64,000 bases of DNA from an uncultured Gemmatimonadaceae bacterium (GCA_963740355.1 CAVUDW010000003.1:1984001-2048000); one strand, 5' to 3'; shown: positions 29,349-39,509, numbered from the stretch's first letter. A program made the numbers and translations. The notes: a model not told the origin generated them from the letters alone.

Positions 29349-32087
29349 ATGCATTCCCTCGCCGCCGTCGCGGCCGTTTCTCCCAGCCAGTGCGGCGCGC
29401 TCCCTGATCCGACACGGCGTCTTGGCTCACACGTGCCGACGTTCACGGTGTCGCAGGTCCTCGATCGCGCACGCACATCGCCGCATGCCGCAGCGATTCG
29501 CGACGCCAGCGGTCGCACCCTGTCGCTGGGCGACCTCGCAACGGCGTCGGTCGCGCTTGGCGCAGCGCTCACCGGCGCGGGCGTGCGCCGCGGTGACGTC
29601 GTCGCCATCTGGTCGGCGCGCGCCATGTCGCTGCCGTGGGCAATGCTGGGGACGTGGTGTGCGGGCGGTGCCTTCACGGTGCTCGACTCAGGCTACCCCG
29701 CTGCGCGGTTGGTCGCATCGATCGCGATCGCAAGGCCGAAAGCGCTGCTTGCACTCGACGCTGCGGGCCCTGTGCCGGACGAGGTGGTGGACGCGCTCGC
29801 CGCGATCGGCTGCGACACCATCATCCAGCTCCCCGACGCTCCAGCTGATGCATGGCTGTCGCAGACGGCGCACCCCGCAATACTCGATGCACTGACTGCC
29901 GCGGATGCGGCCTATGTAGCGTTCACCTCGGGAACGACCGGGCAACCCAAGGGCATCGTCGCGGGCCACGCGCCACTCGCACACTTTCTCGACTGGCACC
30001 GGCGCACCTTCGAGCTCGGTGTCGATGATCGATTCGTGATGATGTCGGGGCTTGCACACGACCCGCTGCTGCGATCGATCTTCACGCCACTCACCTGCGG
30101 TGGCACGCTGATCGTGCCCGATGCCGCGTCACTCCGCGATCCGACCGCGCTACGCGCACTGCTCTCGGCCGAGGGCGCGACGGTGCTGCACCTCACGCCA
30201 TCGCTTGGCCGACTGCTGGCACACGGCGCAGAGTTCGATCCCATCTGCGATGTGCTCCCGGACATCAGGCGCATCTTCTTCGCGGGTGAGACGCTCTACA
30301 AGTCCACCGTCCAGAAGGTGCGCATCGTGGCACTGAACGCACAGTGCGTGAACTTCTACGGCGCCACGGAAACACCGCAGGCCATGGGATTCTGGGAGAT
30401 CGACGACGAACAGCTCGAAGATGAGTCGTCGTGCGCGGCGATCCCGGTCGGCCACGGCATCGATGACGTACAGCTGTTGGTGGTCGACGCGCAGGGCAAT
30501 CGTGTCGGTGTTGGCGTGCCGGGCGAAATCTGCGTGCGGACAGCGTTCCTCAGTCACGGCTACATCGACCTGCCCGGCGAAACCGCGGCCAAGTTCATCG
30601 TCAATACTGCGACGGGCGATCCGCGCGATCGCATGTATCGCACTGGCGACCTCGGCGCCTACGCCGCTGATGGCTCGGTGACGGCGCTGGGCCGCGCCGA
30701 TCGGCAGTTGAAGGTGCGCGGGTTCCGCGTGGAGCTCGATGAAATCGAGGCGACCATCGGCGAAAACCCGCGGGTGCGACATGTGACGGTGAATGCGGAG
30801 GTGCGCACCGATGACTCGGATCGCCGGATCATCGCACACATCGCAGCGGGGCCAGAGCTGAGCGCTTCGGCCATTCGCAGCGCCCTGCGTGCGCGCCTGC
30901 CTGAGTACATGATTCCATCGCGGATCATGGTGATGCCATCACTGCCATTGACCGCCAATGGCAAGGTCGATCGCGACGCACTGCTGAAGCTCACTGATCA
31001 CGCCACGCCAATCAGCGCTGGCGAGAGTAAAAGCGACAATGCCGCTGACTTCCGCGATATCGTCGAGCGTCGACTGGCCGCCGTCTGGCGCGATGTCCTC
31101 GACGCGCCACGACTGGCTCGCGATGACAGCTTCTTCGATCTTGGTGGCAACTCGCTGCTCGGCCTCGACCTGCTCCTGCGCATCGAGCGTGAGTTCGGGC
31201 GACAGTTGCCCACGCAGACACTCCTGCTGACGCCGACCGTCGCGTCGATGTCGGAATTGTTGCGCGAGGATCGCGACACCACCGCCTCGTTGCTGGTGCC
31301 GATTCGCCCAGGAGGATCGGCGCCGCCGGTGTTCTGGCTGCCGGGTGGTGGTGGCTTGAGTGTGATCGCATTCCGCGGCATCTCCGAGCGCATAGATGCC
31401 GACCGGCCGATCTATGGACTGGAAGCCGATCTCGACATCGAACAGGCCCCGACCACGCTCCCAGCGATCGTGCGTGCGTATCGCGAGGCGATCCAGGCGG
31501 TGCAGCCACATGGGCCGTACCACCTGTTCGGCTTCTCGCTCGGCAGCTTCGTCGCCTACGAACTGGCAGTGCAGTTCCGGGCGATTGGCGAGGAGGTCGC
31601 GCTGCTGGTGGTGTTCGACACTGAAGTCCCAGGCACCAGCGGCCGATGGCAGCGACTGCGGATCGCAACGCACCGGATCATGCGTGCCGTGGGCAGCCTG
31701 CTGCGTCCCGGTGCCGATAGGGCCCCGATGCTCGGCAACATGCGAAGCCGGCTCGTAGGCCTGGCGACACCGCGGCCATCCGAGGTGCCGCCAACCGACA
31801 CGAACCAGAGCGTCTTCGAGCGCATCCGCCTCCGTAACATCGCCGCAGTGCACGCCTACGCTGCCACGCCATTGCCGGAGTTCGATGGTCGGGTGACCTG
31901 TGTGCTGGCTCGCGAGACGTCCAAACACGGGCTGGCGGCCTCCATCGACCCGAGACTGGCGTGGCACCGGACGGCCACCCGCGGAATTGACGTCCACTCC
32001 GTGGGCGGGAACCACCTCTCGATGCTCGAGCCTCCGCACGTCGACGAATTGGCTGGTGTGCTGAACGGATGCTTGGCACGGGCCTGA
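29349..32087 (+). CDS. Stand-alone single-module NRPS-like protein (A-PCP-TE)
   Basis: A domain: AYVAFTSGTTGQPKG, NFYGATET, MYRTGDLG, GRADRQLKVRGFRVEL, PLTANGKVDR. PCP: FFDLGGNSL. TE: GFSLG and GNHLSML. Start uncertain (29304/29349/29433). Confidence 0.9.
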   Translation: MHSLAAVAAVSPSQCGALPDPTRRLGSHVPTFTVSQVLDRARTSPHAAAIRDASGRTLSLGDLATASVALGAALTGAGVRRGDVVAIWSARAMSLPWAMLGTWCAGGAFTVLDSGYPAARLVASIAIARPKALLALDAAGPVPDEVVDALAAIGCDTIIQLPDAPADAWLSQTAHPAILDALTAADAAYVAFTSGTTGQPKGIVAGHAPLAHFLDWHRRTFELGVDDRFVMMSGLAHDPLLRSIFTPLTCGGTLIVPDAASLRDPTALRALLSAEGATVLHLTPSLGRLLAHGAEFDPICDVLPDIRRIFFAGETLYKSTVQKVRIVALNAQCVNFYGATETPQAMGFWEIDDEQLEDESSCAAIPVGHGIDDVQLLVVDAQGNRVGVGVPGEICVRTAFLSHGYIDLPGETAAKFIVNTATGDPRDRMYRTGDLGAYAADGSVTALGRADRQLKVRGFRVELDEIEATIGENPRVRHVTVNAEVRTDDSDRRIIAHIAAGPELSASAIRSALRARLPEYMIPSRIMVMPSLPLTANGKVDRDALLKLTDHATPISAGESKSDNAADFRDIVERRLAAVWRDVLDAPRLARDDSFFDLGGNSLLGLDLLLRIEREFGRQLPTQTLLLTPTVASMSELLREDRDTTASLLVPIRPGGSAPPVFWLPGGGGLSVIAFRGISERIDADRPIYGLEADLDIEQAPTTLPAIVRAYREAIQAVQPHGPYHLFGFSLGSFVAYELAVQFRAIGEEVALLVVFDTEVPGTSGRWQRLRIATHRIMRAVGSLLRPGADRAPMLGNMRSRLVGLATPRPSEVPPTDTNQSVFERIRLRNIAAVHAYAATPLPEFDGRVTCVLARETSKHGLAASIDPRLAWHRTATRGIDVHSVGGNHLSMLEPPHVDELAGVLNGCLARA

Positions 32088-32282
32088 TGGCTTCGATCAG
32101 GCTCCCGCTCCGGCGTGCCTCCAAGCAAGCTCATCTATACACTGGCGCGATGGCGCACACTCCGTCATAATTGCTGAGCCCGGCGCCGCGAGCCGGGCAT
32201 TTTCGATGGGCGGGTGTGTTGCCCCGACGGTAGCTTCGTCGGCGAGCGCGTCCCTCCCGGCTCCTGTCTGGAGCACTCGGCA

Positions 32283-34001
32283 ATGTTGTCCCGATCGCGA
32301 TCAGTGCTGCTCCTGCTCGTCGCTGCTGCCTGCGGTGGACCGAGCAAGGATCTTCCCACGACGCCGGCCGCAATCGGTCAGGCCCTCGGCGATGGCGCAA
32401 ACCTGCGCCTCACCAGCGTCCAGTTCACACAATCGATTCAGGACGCAGAGAACTCGCTGCCACTGGTGGCGGGCGCACCCATCGCGGTCAACGTGCTCGT
32501 GCAACGCAGCACCGAGAGCTCCGACGAAGTGCCGGTCGTGCTGCGGTTGTATCGCAATGGCACAGTCATTCGGGAAGACACGGCGCACACCGGCGGCATT
32601 CTCAGTCGCTCGATCAATGAGGCTGCGCCGAGCGCACAATTTCTGATCCCGGCTAGCGTCGTCGTCGGCGGCGTGTCCTGGCAGGTCGAACTGGATCCTG
32701 CGCGCACCGTGCCGGATTCGACGCGCGCCGACAATGTGCTGCCAGCGTCCGCACCGGCGGCGCTGAACATCGTTGCACTACCGCCGCTGCATGTGCGCCT
32801 GGTGTCGATCGTGCTGGGCAACGACGATGACGCCGAGGGGCACGTGTCGGAGGCGAATGCCGAGAAGTACCTGAAGGTGCTTCGCCAGACGATGCCGACC
32901 GGAACGATCTCGTATGCAATCGCGCGGCCCATCACGACAATGGCAAGCTTTGGCACGGCACCAACCGGTGGGGCGCCAAATTTCTGGATGAGCGTCTTGC
33001 AGGAAGTGGATGTGGCGCGCATGGTCAGTTCACTGCCGTCGGCATACTGGTATGGTGCTGTGACGCCGCCAGAAGGGTTCACGAAGTACACGAATGGCGG
33101 ATACGGCTACATCCCGTCGAACCCGACCGATGTCGGTGCCAGCACGCGATCGGCGGTCGGCTTCGGCGTCAGTGAGGCCGCATCGGCGAGTTTCGTGAGC
33201 AAGACGCTGGCGCACGAACTGGGGCACACCTTTGGTCGCGCACATGCGCCGTCGTGCAGCGCCTCTTCGCCGCTCGACGCACGATTCCCGAGTTCGAATG
33301 GCGTCATCCTCCTGCCAGGCTTCGATGTCTGGAGCTGGGCCAATGGCGAGGCGCGCAGCGCACTCTCGGTCAGCCGCACCACCGGTGACGTGATGGGCTA
33401 CTGCACCTCGGTGTGGAGCAGTGCCTACACGTGGAACGCGGTACTGCGCTGGCGTTTGGCAAGCGCAGGCCTCACTGCGCAAGTGATGCGTGAACCGGCC
33501 ATCATCGTGGCCGGCAGCGTCTCGGCCGACGGCGAGGTGTCGCTGCGACCGGCGCTCGAGGCGACCGTTGCCATCCCTGCCGCCAACGCCAGCGGTGACA
33601 TGACGGTCGAGCTGCGTGATGACGACGGCAATGTCCTTGGGCGGCAGCAAGTGGTGAGCGCCAGCGTCGACCATGGTACCGGTGCCCGCCATTTCCTTGC
33701 CATTCTTCCCGCTAGCGCCGCCGCCGGAGCACGCGTCATCGCCGCCACATCCCGCACGGGTCGCTCGGCAGCGATCCGCAGCACCGATGGCACGCCAGCC
33801 CTACAGATCCGCGCCCTGCCAGGTGGTCGCACGGAAGTCACGGCGTCAGCCGGCCGCGCCGTGATGCTGCGCGACGCCAACAGCGGCGAATTGCTCGGCA
33901 TCGGCTGGAACGGCCGAGTGGTCGTCCGCCATCACGGCGCCGTCTCAGCGTCCGTCAGCAACGGCATCCGCAGCCGCACCAACCTCGTCGTCCTGAAATA
34001 A
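32283..34001 (+). CDS. Lipoprotein metzincin metalloprotease (M66-like)
   Basis: Lipobox LVAAAC; HELGHTFGRAH (HExxHxxGxxH); Met-turn DVMGY. Confidence 0.8.
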   Translation: MLSRSRSVLLLLVAAACGGPSKDLPTTPAAIGQALGDGANLRLTSVQFTQSIQDAENSLPLVAGAPIAVNVLVQRSTESSDEVPVVLRLYRNGTVIREDTAHTGGILSRSINEAAPSAQFLIPASVVVGGVSWQVELDPARTVPDSTRADNVLPASAPAALNIVALPPLHVRLVSIVLGNDDDAEGHVSEANAEKYLKVLRQTMPTGTISYAIARPITTMASFGTAPTGGAPNFWMSVLQEVDVARMVSSLPSAYWYGAVTPPEGFTKYTNGGYGYIPSNPTDVGASTRSAVGFGVSEAASASFVSKTLAHELGHTFGRAHAPSCSASSPLDARFPSSNGVILLPGFDVWSWANGEARSALSVSRTTGDVMGYCTSVWSSAYTWNAVLRWRLASAGLTAQVMREPAIIVAGSVSADGEVSLRPALEATVAIPAANASGDMTVELRDDDGNVLGRQQVVSASVDHGTGARHFLAILPASAAAGARVIAATSRTGRSAAIRSTDGTPALQIRALPGGRTEVTASAGRAVMLRDANSGELLGIGWNGRVVVRHHGAVSASVSNGIRSRTNLVVLK

Positions 34002-34002
34002 C

Positions 34003-34159
34003 GAAATCCGGTGACAGTGCACTCATTCTGGGAAATCCGGTGACAGTGCACTCATTTCGGTCACGTGCGAACGTTCGGCGCAAACAAAACCGGTGACAGT
34101 GCACTCAAATCTGCGATTTGAGTGCACTGTCACCGGTTTTCGGTCTGTCCCCGGATTTC
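34003..34159. repeat. REP-like palindromic cluster, family C (CCGGTGACAGTGCACTCA)
   Basis: Direct copies at 34003-34027 and 34032-34056; perfect 26-bp stem with 3-nt loop at 34086-34140; variant half CTGTCCCCGGATTTC at 34145-34159; between convergent genes. Confidence 0.85.
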
Positions 34160-34193
34160 GGTCCGGACTAAGCGCGCTGACGCGACGCGTACA

Positions 34194-35585
34194 TCAAGGG
34201 CGGCGCAGACCCTCGTTACGGTTGCCGCCCTGCAGCAGGGTCATCTTGGTCGACTTGCCATCCACCACCGTGAAGCTGATGCGCACCGCCGGGTCGAAGC
34301 TGGCGGCGAAGGTGTGATTGCCCATCGGGATCATCTCGATCGGGCCCTGCCCTTCCAGCGTGCCGGTGATCTTGCCGTCCTTCTCGGCCACCGTGAACGC
34401 GCGTGTGGCGTCGAGGACGAGGTCGTACACGCCGGCGTAGACACGCAACTCGGCCGCCGTGATCGCCACCGCCTTCGGCGGCTGCTCGAGCGGAATGCCC
34501 AGCGCTGCACGCGCGAGCTGCAGCGCGACACGACCGGGATCGGTGGCGTCACCGTTCGTGAGTACCGTCACCGACAGCTGCGCATCGGGGATGTACATGT
34601 TGGCCGTCAGCGCGCCGTTGATGCCACCACTGTGCGACAACATCAAGTGCCCGCCCAGATCCCCTCGTCCCATACCGAACCCATAATGACGCGGCTCGGC
34701 CGATCCGACTGGTGTGATCATCGCGGTGTAGCTGGCCGGCTTGAGCACCTTGCCGCCGTGCAAGGCACGGTTCCATGTCAGCAGGTCGCCGATCGTCGAG
34801 CACATGGCACCGGCGGCGTGTGGTTGCGACATGGCGAGGAAGGCCGTGTTCTCCCACGTGTCGTTGGCCGCCTTCGAGTAGCCCGAGGCACGGTCCGGGA
34901 TCACCGCTGCCGTGGCACAGTACCGCGTGCGTGACAGTCCAAGCGGCTTGAAGAAGCGGGCCGTGAAGTCGTCACCCCAGCTGCGCCCGGCACGAGCCTC
35001 GACGAGCATGCCAAGCAACACATAGCCGGTGTTGTTGTACTTCCAGGACGTGCCAGCGGGATAGCTGAACGGCTTGTCCGCCGTCAGCGCCACCAGTTCG
35101 GCGCCGGTCATTTCTTCGCCCCACCGCTTCACCCATGTCGGACCGAGCTCGGTGTAGCTCGGAATGCCCGAGGTGTGATTCAGCAGTTGCTGCACCGTCA
35201 CGCCGCGCCAGGTCACTGGCAGATTCGGCACCCATTGGCCGATCGTATCGGTGAGCGCCAGCTTGCCCTCCTCGATCAGCTGCAGCACCGCCGAGCTGGT
35301 GAACTGCTTCGTCACCGAGCCGATACGGAACACGGTGTTCACCGTCGCGGGCGTGCCGAGTTCGAGGTTCGACTTGCCGTAGGCCCGGAAGAGCAACGTG
35401 TCGTTGCCGCGGACGACGGCAATCGCGGTGCCCGGCACAGTGTTCGCCACCGCAAAATCAGCGGCGAGGGAATCGAGCACGCGCCTGACCTGCGCAGGCT
35501 TCGGCAGCGTTGACGACTGAGCAACGCCCGACGACGGAAAGACAGCAACCAGCAGGGCGCTGGCGACGAACCGGGGACCAATCAC
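34194..35585 (-). CDS. Exported serine hydrolase (beta-lactamase class C / PBP-like) with C-terminal DUF3471-like domain
   Basis: FRIGSVTKQ (SxxK), LLNHTSG, YNNTGY, HSGGING; GGAGG upstream of GTG 35585. Confidence 0.9.
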   Translation of the reverse strand: MIGPRFVASALLVAVFPSSGVAQSSTLPKPAQVRRVLDSLAADFAVANTVPGTAIAVVRGNDTLLFRAYGKSNLELGTPATVNTVFRIGSVTKQFTSSAVLQLIEEGKLALTDTIGQWVPNLPVTWRGVTVQQLLNHTSGIPSYTELGPTWVKRWGEEMTGAELVALTADKPFSYPAGTSWKYNNTGYVLLGMLVEARAGRSWGDDFTARFFKPLGLSRTRYCATAAVIPDRASGYSKAANDTWENTAFLAMSQPHAAGAMCSTIGDLLTWNRALHGGKVLKPASYTAMITPVGSAEPRHYGFGMGRGDLGGHLMLSHSGGINGALTANMYIPDAQLSVTVLTNGDATDPGRVALQLARAALGIPLEQPPKAVAITAAELRVYAGVYDLVLDATRAFTVAEKDGKITGTLEGQGPIEMIPMGNHTFAASFDPAVRISFTVVDGKSTKMTLLQGGNRNEGLRRP

Positions 35586-35661
35586 TCGACCTCCTCGAGA
35601 CAGTGACACCACATGGCAGTTTCCGACATACGATGCGTTCAGGCGTCAGTTTCGACTGGCA

Positions 35662-36684
35662 CTAGTTGCCCTGCGGCAAACACGGCGACATCGCACTCCT
35701 GGCCGTCTTCGGGTCGCCGATGATGCGATAGAAATCCGCGAAATAGTCGAGCGTGACACGCTTGCGCCGAGCGTCCAAGGCGGGCAGTGAGGCGTAGATG
35801 GCCTCGATGCGCGGGCGGGCGGCGATGAATCGCGCAAAGATCGGCTGCCACTCCTCGATCGGCTTGCACGGTCCGCGGTAGAGGCGGTCGGTCGTGCTGC
35901 GGATGTTGAGGCGCGCATCGGGAAACGAGTAGCGGGCATTCACGGCGCCGCTCCAGTCGAAGTCGAAGGCGACAGTATGTATGCCGCCGACGGAATCCTG
36001 CATCAGCGACACGTTGTGCAAGCCGGAGATCGACCAGTCGGTATTCGCCACCATGAACTCGAAGAGCGATGTGATCGCGAGCTGTGTCGGTTCGAGGTCG
36101 CGGAACATCGCGCCATGACTTTCGAGGAGGTTGAGGCCGAACTTCTTCGCGACCTCCTTGTCATCCTCGATGAAGAATGCCCATGACACCACGTCGTCCA
36201 TGCCACGCGAGGTGTCGTGATACGTGATGCGCGCCAGTCGCGTCCGGAAGTAGTTCGGGCTCACCGCCTGGTATGCCCGATAAAGCGCGTACTCGGCGAG
36301 GATGTACTCCTCATACTCCGCCGTGCCGGGGCGACAGTTGGTGGTGATCTTGAGGTCGGAGTTGCCCTGGAACAGCGTCTCGCGTGCATCCTTGCGCTCG
36401 AACTCGAGCTTCAACGGCGGGAAGCCGCAGTTGCGCGCCTGGCGGCGAAAGTGGCCGCGCGCTCGCAGCGTGACCGGAAAGGTCTTCGTGGTTCCGTTGG
36501 CCTCGCGATACGTCAGCGTCGCCGGATGTGGCTGGAACTTCGTGCTGTCGCGATCGCGGATCACGGCCTTCAACTCGGTGTTGATCGTGACGTCGAGCAC
36601 CGTGGTGTCACGAAACAGTCCCTGCGCCTGGACTTCGAGCGCACCGAGCATCGACAGGCCGATCACGATTGCTTTTCCAATCAT
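35662..36684 (-). CDS. Exported hypothetical protein, CotH-kinase-like
   Basis: Signal peptide; RARGHFR..C.FPPLKLEF, EYALYRAY, FIED, NTDWS..HNV, FDFDWSG resemble CotH atypical kinase motifs; overlaps the DUF4956 gene stop. Confidence 0.55.
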   Translation of the reverse strand: MIGKAIVIGLSMLGALEVQAQGLFRDTTVLDVTINTELKAVIRDRDSTKFQPHPATLTYREANGTTKTFPVTLRARGHFRRQARNCGFPPLKLEFERKDARETLFQGNSDLKITTNCRPGTAEYEEYILAEYALYRAYQAVSPNYFRTRLARITYHDTSRGMDDVVSWAFFIEDDKEVAKKFGLNLLESHGAMFRDLEPTQLAITSLFEFMVANTDWSISGLHNVSLMQDSVGGIHTVAFDFDWSGAVNARYSFPDARLNIRSTTDRLYRGPCKPIEEWQPIFARFIAARPRIEAIYASLPALDARRKRVTLDYFADFYRIIGDPKTARSAMSPCLPQGN

Positions 36685-37700
36685 CGCTTCATCTCCACGT
36701 TGCGGACATCTCCACGCGGCAAGCTGCGCAACACCGCGTTGACGGTGCCTGGTGTCACGTTCTCCGCCATTGCAATGCCATACTCGAGGATCCGCAGCCC
36801 TTCTGGGCTCTTCGCCTTGCCCATGTATTTCCAGCGCACGAAAAGCTCGTTGAACTCTGCCTCGCAGGCCGTGCGCGTACCCTCGATGTCCGAGGTGTGA
36901 ATGCGCAGCATGTGCGTGTAGTCCGGGCGTTCGTCCTCGGCCGCATCCGGTGCATTGCGCTTGCGACGACGCCAGGCGCGATCAGCCAGGGCCTCGAGCT
37001 GCTCAGGCGCCAGGTCCTTCAGAACTTCGTCATCCAGCTTCGCGACGAACATGCCCGTGCGGTTCGCATCCTGCAGCACGCGCTCCAGACGCTGACCGGC
37101 CTGCCGCCCCTCGAGCGCTGGGGCACGGCCGAAATCGGAGTACCAGAGCCACAGAATGAGCACGTTGAACATGATCGAGATGGCGAATGCCACCTGTGGC
37201 TCGACGGCCGCAGCCAATCCGATGCCAGTCACCACGAACACGTTCACCGCGTCCTTGCTGTCATCGAGCGTAGTGCGGAATCGCACCGCAGCGACGATGC
37301 CGCCGAGCGAGAAGGCGAGCGGCAGCGAGTGCTTCACCAGCACGACGATGCTGGCGACGATGACCGGCAGGATGATGAAGGTCTGCACGACCGACTGCTG
37401 GTATCCCTTCTTGTGGCGCGTGAAGGTGTACATCCAGGCTACCGGCAAGGCGGTGGCGAAGGCGGCGGCCATGGCGATCACGGTCGGGATCAGCGCCGGT
37501 CCGGCTTCCTGCCCATTGGACAGGATTTGGCTCTTGCCGCCACCGCCAGTGAGTTCCGAGAGTGTTTCCTGACGCAGCACGCCCCATGTCGTCGGTGCGT
37601 ACTCCCGCACCAGCCACCAGGCGAGCGCCGTGGCGGCGTACCAGACGACGCTGCGCAGGACGACGCGTAGCAGGGGGCGTTGTGCGTCGCGCTCGATCAT
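36681..37700 (-). CDS. DUF4956-domain membrane protein
   Basis: TM helices with SLPLAFSLGGIVAAVRFRTTLDDSKDAVNVF..TGIGLAA signature. Confidence 0.8.
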   Translation of the reverse strand: MIERDAQRPLLRVVLRSVVWYAATALAWWLVREYAPTTWGVLRQETLSELTGGGGKSQILSNGQEAGPALIPTVIAMAAAFATALPVAWMYTFTRHKKGYQQSVVQTFIILPVIVASIVVLVKHSLPLAFSLGGIVAAVRFRTTLDDSKDAVNVFVVTGIGLAAAVEPQVAFAISIMFNVLILWLWYSDFGRAPALEGRQAGQRLERVLQDANRTGMFVAKLDDEVLKDLAPEQLEALADRAWRRRKRNAPDAAEDERPDYTHMLRIHTSDIEGTRTACEAEFNELFVRWKYMGKAKSPEGLRILEYGIAMAENVTPGTVNAVLRSLPRGDVRNVEMKR

Positions 37701-37870
37701 CGAACTCACAGGGCAGGAGTGGATGGGACCGATCGAAGCTGCGGCCTCGACCGGCGGAGGGCAACCGCGCCACGTCGCCGTTCGGCCGAAAGCCTTCGGC
37801 ACATCTGGCACGATGCAGGCGGAGGCGCTCCGCCGCAGCATTCCTACGCCACGTGGCGTACAGTTGTGAC

Positions 37871-39496
37871 ATGACCCGCCGATTGATTGCGGCCGCCTTT
37901 GCGGTCCCCGTCCTGGCCGGCTTGACCGCCTGCGCCAGCGCCCCCTCGACCGGTGCGCCCGCGTCGACATCCGCGCGCCCCGTCGCCGCGAAACCCACGT
38001 TGGTCGTGTTCATCACGATCGACCAGCTCCGTGGCGACTATTTCGCCCGCTTCGGCAAGCAGTTCACTGGCGGTCTCCATCGTTTCGACGTCGCCGGTGC
38101 GCAGTTCACGCGGGCCTACCAGGACCACGCGAACACCGAGACTGCGCCGGGCCATGCGTCGACGATGTCCGGCCGATTCCCGGTCCACACGGGTATCGCC
38201 GCCAACTCGGCCGGCGTGGGTGATCCCAATAGCCCACTGATCGGGTCGGCCGATCCTGGCGCATCACCGTTTCGTTTTCGCGGCACCACCCTGCTCGATT
38301 GGATGAAGGCGAAGGATGGCTCGACCCGGTTCCTCTCGGTATCGCGCAAGGATCGCGCGGCCATCCTGCCGATCGGCAAGTCGAAGGGCAACGTCTACTG
38401 GTACGCCAGCAACGGCACGTTCACGCAGAGTGCGTACTACGGCAGCGAGTTGCCGAAGTGGGTGACGGAGTTCAACAAGAAGCAGCATCCGCTGGACTAC
38501 GCCGGCACCACCTGGACACCACTGCTCCCCGATGCGGCCTATCCAGAGGTGGATAGCGTGCCGGCCGAAGCGCAGGGCAAGAACTTCATGTTCCCGCACC
38601 CGATTCCAGAAGACCCGACGCAGGCGGCAGGGACGTTGGCGAACTACCCGATGATGGATGAGTTGACGCTCAAGTTCGCGCTTGCAGGGCTGCAGCAGCT
38701 GGAACTGGGAGCCAATCCGCGCCGCACCGACCTGCTCAACATCTCGCTTTCCAGCACCGACGCCATCGGACACCGCTATGGCCCGGACTCGAAGGAGCTG
38801 CACGATCAGCTGTTGCGCGTGGACCGATACCTGGGTGCGTTCATCGACTCACTGTTCGCGATTCGCGACTCGACGCACATCATCCTCACGTTGACGGGCG
38901 ACCACGGCATGTCGCCGTTCCCGAACATCCTCTCGACGGTGACGCCGAATCCGGGTGCCCGCTTCGTCGATCTGGAGCCAACGTTCAAGGCGACGCTGGT
39001 CAGCCTCGCGGCGGCGGGTGTGGACACGAACCAGGTGGCGCTCGACGACGGGGCATTCTACGTCGGCGACACGACGTCATTCGTGAAGGCGAGGCTCTCG
39101 GTCGACAGCGTGGCCCGTGCGTTCGCGGCCCAGTTGCGCGCGGTGCCGGGGGTCAACCGTGTCGACATGTTGTCCGACCTGGCCAAGGCCGACACGGTGT
39201 CTGACGTGATCGCGATGCGCTGGTTGCACATGTTCGCCCCCGGCGGCGTGGTGCGCTTCGTGACCACACTCGATCGCTACAACTACTCCGCCGGCGTGAC
39301 GTATGCCACCCACGGTTCACCGTGGGACCAGGACGCGTGGGTCCCGGTGATTTTCTGGGGCGCACCATTCGCGCCCGGCAAATACGACACCCGCGCCCGC
39401 GTCGTCGACATGGCCCCGACCCTCGCGGACGTCCTCGGCATCCCCCCGCTCGAAAAACTCGACGGCGTCGTGCTGCGGCAGGCGGAGCGGCGCTAG
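37871..39496 (+). CDS. Alkaline phosphatase superfamily protein (PafA/PhoK-like), lipoprotein
   Basis: Lipobox LTAC; ITIDQLRGDY, TETAPGHA (Thr nucleophile), KDRAAILP, TDAIGHRYGPDS, TGDHG, THGSP. Confidence 0.9.
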   Translation: MTRRLIAAAFAVPVLAGLTACASAPSTGAPASTSARPVAAKPTLVVFITIDQLRGDYFARFGKQFTGGLHRFDVAGAQFTRAYQDHANTETAPGHASTMSGRFPVHTGIAANSAGVGDPNSPLIGSADPGASPFRFRGTTLLDWMKAKDGSTRFLSVSRKDRAAILPIGKSKGNVYWYASNGTFTQSAYYGSELPKWVTEFNKKQHPLDYAGTTWTPLLPDAAYPEVDSVPAEAQGKNFMFPHPIPEDPTQAAGTLANYPMMDELTLKFALAGLQQLELGANPRRTDLLNISLSSTDAIGHRYGPDSKELHDQLLRVDRYLGAFIDSLFAIRDSTHIILTLTGDHGMSPFPNILSTVTPNPGARFVDLEPTFKATLVSLAAAGVDTNQVALDDGAFYVGDTTSFVKARLSVDSVARAFAAQLRAVPGVNRVDMLSDLAKADTVSDVIAMRWLHMFAPGGVVRFVTTLDRYNYSAGVTYATHGSPWDQDAWVPVIFWGAPFAPGKYDTRARVVDMAPTLADVLGIPPLEKLDGVVLRQAERR

Positions 39497-39509
39497 AGCA
39501 GTTCACAAA

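Noticed and set aside
34194..35585. Antibiotic-resistance beta-lactamase (also considered for the MBL at 13249)
   Set aside because: The motifs fit broad serine-hydrolase and RomA/NAPE-PLD families; nothing specific to AmpC or class B beta-lactamases.
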